Shown here: piece by piece, positions 35,157-37,726 of the stretch
Position numbering within the stretch: position 1 is the stretch's first letter
Layout: every line of letters begins with the position of its first letter
Source: an uncultured archaeon
GTDB lineage: Archaea > Hadarchaeota > Hadarchaeia > Hadarchaeales > WYZ-LMO6
DNA: 37,726 nucleotides
Reading direction: 5' to 3'
Assembly (NCBI GenBank): GCA_938074535.1
Contig: CALJER010000007.1
Location: 1 to 37,726 of the forward strand
Position numbers and translations under genes: made by a program
Notes under the pieces: generated by a model
The model's database searches: none
The model's input: the letters and a program-made list of their open reading frames with translations, nothing else
What the model was told of the DNA's origin: nothing

Positions 35157-35418
35157 GGAGGAGGTCGAAGCGGGAACGCATCTCCTCCCTCAGGGACTCA
35201 AATTCGGGCTTCAGCCTGAAGAGGAGCTCCCCCGCCAGATGGGAGGGCCTCGCCTCCAGCCCCGACTCCTCGAACTCGGCCCTCAGATGGTCCATGAGAA
35301 GATGGACCTCCTCCCCGAAGACCCCTGCCCCCGCCAGCACCTCGTAGATCTCCTCCCTCGAGAAACCCATCCTGAGCATGGACCTTATGAGGTCCGAGAC
35401 CGACACTCCCTTTCCCAT
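35113..35418 (-). CDS. Hypothetical protein (helical, coiled-coil C-terminus)
   Basis: 101 aa ORF with host-like purine-rich codon style, divergent from the tRNA. Confidence 0.65.
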   Translation of the reverse strand: MGKGVSVSDLIRSMLRMGFSREEIYEVLAGAGVFGEEVHLLMDHLRAEFEESGLEARPSHLAGELLFRLKPEFESLREEMRSRFDLLLREVGELGRKRRRA

Positions 35419-35490
35419 CGGGGAGAGTTGAGCGGGAAGGACCCAAAAAGAGGCAAAACCTTTATCCTGACCCCTCCAGAAAGAAAGGGT

Positions 35491-35587
35491 AGCGGGGTAG
35501 GGCAGCGTGGAGTGCCCGCCGGGCTCATAGGAGTTTTCCCGCGGAGAAACCCGGAGGTCGGAGGTTCAAGTCCTCCCCCCGCTACCA
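35491..35587 (+). tRNA. Initiator tRNA-Met (CAT) with a 19-nt intron at 37/38 (35530-35548), CCA encoded
   Basis: A1:T72 acceptor stem AGCGGGG/CCCCGCT, three G:C pairs in the anticodon stem CCGGG/CCCGG, T arm GGAGG-TTCAAGT-CCTCC; TTTAT box about 30 nt upstream. Confidence 0.92.
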
Positions 35588-35588
35588 C

Positions 35589-36716
35589 CTACAGGTATCC
35601 CGCCTTGTGGAGGTATTCCGCCGCCAGCACCGCCCCCCTAGCCGCCCCCAGCTCCGTGTTGTGGGAGAGGACGGTGTACTGGAAGCACCTTTCGAAAGCC
35701 GTGGCCTCCGCCCCCCCCACCACGGCCACCATTCCCCTTTCCCGGAGGGAGTCGAACCTGGGCTGGGGACGGTCCACCTCCTCCACCACCACTATGGGCT
35801 GGGGAGGGGCGCTGGGAAGCCCGAGCCTCTGCGGCTCGCCCCTGAAGCTCCTCCAGCACTCCTTCAGCTCTTCCACGCCGGCCTCCCTGGAAAGGGTGAC
35901 GAACACGGACTCCGTGTGCCCCTCCAGCACGGGCACCCTGTTGCACTTGCAGGCTATCCTGAACCCCGCTGGCTGGATCCTCCCCCCCTCCAGCTTCCCC
36001 AGGAGCCTCACCGTTTCCTTCCTGACCTTCTCCTCCTCCCCCTTGATATAGGGGATCACGTTCCCCTCGAAGGTGAGGGGTGAGTACTCCTCCAGGGGCT
36101 CCGGCAGGGACCCGCCCTGCCTCCTCCTCTGCTCCGCCCACCTGGAGACGGCCTCATAGCCGGCACCCGAGACCGCCTGCATGGAGGTCATGATCACACC
36201 CTCCAGCCCGAAGGCGTCGTAGAGGGGTTTGAGGGAGAGGGCCAGCCCTATGGTGGTGCAGTTGGGCTGCGGCACCACGAAGCCCCTCCACCCCCTCCTG
36301 CGCCTTTGCTCCTCGAGGAGGGGGGCGTGGGACTCGTTCACGGAGGGGAGGTAGGTGAAGCTGTCCTCGAAATAGCGGTAGGCCGAGGCCGTGCTCACGA
36401 CCGGCTTCTCCTCCGCCACCCTTCCCTCCACCTCCAGCGCGACCTCCGAGGGCAGGGCCGAAAAGAAGAAGGAAACCTTCCCCCCGATGTCCTCCAGGCT
36501 CTTCACCTCCATCTCCAGGATCTCACGCCTTGGCTGCTCACGGTAGAACCACCTGGAGCCCTCCCTACCGTAGCCCAGAGCCTCTGCGTAGGTCTTGCCC
36601 GCGGACCTGGCGGAGGCGTAGAGCTCCTCCACCCTGAACCAGGGGTGCTCCTGCAGGCTCAGAACGAACTTCTGCCCCACCTCACCGGTGGCCCCGAGGA
36701 TGGCTACGGACCTCAT
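35589..36716 (-). CDS. asd: Aspartate-semialdehyde dehydrogenase (archaeal type)
   Basis: ILGATGEVGQKF, FSALP, PNCTT, MQAVSGAG, CNRVPVLEGH, HNTELGAA. Confidence 0.95.
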   Translation of the reverse strand: MRSVAILGATGEVGQKFVLSLQEHPWFRVEELYASARSAGKTYAEALGYGREGSRWFYREQPRREILEMEVKSLEDIGGKVSFFFSALPSEVALEVEGRVAEEKPVVSTASAYRYFEDSFTYLPSVNESHAPLLEEQRRRRGWRGFVVPQPNCTTIGLALSLKPLYDAFGLEGVIMTSMQAVSGAGYEAVSRWAEQRRRQGGSLPEPLEEYSPLTFEGNVIPYIKGEEEKVRKETVRLLGKLEGGRIQPAGFRIACKCNRVPVLEGHTESVFVTLSREAGVEELKECWRSFRGEPQRLGLPSAPPQPIVVVEEVDRPQPRFDSLRERGMVAVVGGAEATAFERCFQYTVLSHNTELGAARGAVLAAEYLHKAGYL

Positions 36717-36765
36717 CCCTTCTCCTCTCCCCCTGCCGGGTTAAACCGTTTTTCAGCCGGCATGC

Positions 36766-37704
36766 TCACTCGAACTCGATGGTGGAGGGGGGCTTCGGAG
36801 TCACGTCGTAGAGGACCCTGCAGACCCCGGGAACCTCGGAGGTGAGCCTGCGGGAGAGCCTCTGCAGGAGATCCCAGGGAAGCCGGAGGGGCTCGGCCTT
36901 CATGGCGTCCTCCGAGGCCACCACCCTCACCACCACGATGCTCCCGTACCTCCTCTCCCCCCTCTCGGAAACCCCCGTGGCCCTGTCGGAGAGGAGGACG
37001 GCGAAGGCCTGGAAACAGGGCTGGTCCGCGGTCTCCTCCTCCACTATCTTCGTGGCCTTCCTCACGAGCTCCATCCTCTCGGGGGTGACCTCCCCAAGCA
37101 CCCTGACCGAGAGACCAGGACCGGGGAAGGGACGGCGCTCGCTCACCTCCGGGGGCAGGCCCAGGAAGCGGGCCACCTCCCTCACCTGTGGCTTGTACAG
37201 CTCCTTGACGGGCTCCAGCACCCTGTACCCGTACCTCTCCATCGGGTCTATCCCCACCTGCTCCAGGACGTTGTGCTGGGTCTTCACCCCTGCCCTGGTC
37301 TCCACCACATCGGCGGCGGTGGTTCCCTGCAGGATCACCTTCACCCCCAGCTCCCTCGCGATCCTGGAGAAGCAGGAGTAGAAGGTCTCCCTGAAGGCCT
37401 TCCTCTTCTCCTCGGGGTCCGTTTTCCCCTTCAGGGCGGAGAAGAACTCGCCGGCCACCTCCCTCCTCTCCAGCCCGACGCCAAGCCCCGCGAGCGTCCT
37501 CTCCACCTTCTCCCCCTCACCCTCCCTCATGAAGCCCGTGTTCAGGAAGACCACCTTCAGCCTCTCCCCCACCGCCCTGTGTCCCAGGACGGCCGTGACC
37601 ATGCTGTCCACGCCCCCCGAGACCGCCGCCAGGGCCCTCTCCCCCCCTATCTCCCTCCTGAGCCAGGAGACCTTTTCCTCCACGAAGGAGGCGGGGTCGA
37701 ACAT
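36766..37704 (-). CDS. guaAB: GMP synthase subunit B (ATP pyrophosphatase subunit)
   Basis: AVSGGVDS, DPEEKRK, QGT, KTQHNV, PFPGPGLSVR, YDVTPKPPSTIEFE; no GATase domain. Confidence 0.95.
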   Translation of the reverse strand: MFDPASFVEEKVSWLRREIGGERALAAVSGGVDSMVTAVLGHRAVGERLKVVFLNTGFMREGEGEKVERTLAGLGVGLERREVAGEFFSALKGKTDPEEKRKAFRETFYSCFSRIARELGVKVILQGTTAADVVETRAGVKTQHNVLEQVGIDPMERYGYRVLEPVKELYKPQVREVARFLGLPPEVSERRPFPGPGLSVRVLGEVTPERMELVRKATKIVEEETADQPCFQAFAVLLSDRATGVSERGERRYGSIVVVRVVASEDAMKAEPLRLPWDLLQRLSRRLTSEVPGVCRVLYDVTPKPPSTIEFE

Positions 37705-37726
37705 CACCACCCTCCTCCCCCCCTTT

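Noticed and set aside
1-37726. Many long overlapping or antisense ORFs (e.g. 9399-10997, 20678-22291, 25944-27812)
   Set aside because: Shadow frames of well-supported genes in GC-rich DNA; low-complexity P/L/H/G/R translations with no motifs
1-37726. CRISPR array, rRNA, SRP RNA, RNase P RNA or IS element
   Set aside because: No regularly spaced repeats, transposase motifs or recognisable RNA signatures seen; a cmscan would be needed to exclude small RNAs

Overview
A gene-dense, GC-rich archaeal chromosomal region, probably from a thermophilic anaerobe outside the methanogens (lineage not determinable from the sequence alone). It encodes apbE plus a complete rnfCDGEAB operon, an Lrp regulator with an HD hydrolase, and tRNA-Gly(GCC) followed by a decayed integrated element (tyrosine integrase and DUF4143 ATPase pseudogenes). 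Next come a 4-hydroxybutyryl-CoA dehydratase, the nep1-rnp4-rps19e-PDCD5-rpl39e-rpl31e-eif6-pfdA-ftsY cluster, gatCAB, a V4R protein, amrS, a MetE-like enzyme, glmM and trpEGDCBAF. The window ends with an uncharacterised six-gene type IV pilin-like operon, an intron-containing initiator tRNA-Met, asd and GMP synthase subunit B. The most notable signals are the pilin-like operon, the archaeal Rnf without a cytochrome partner, and two conserved genes that appear to start at CTG. All family assignments come from motif recognition by eye; no searches were run.
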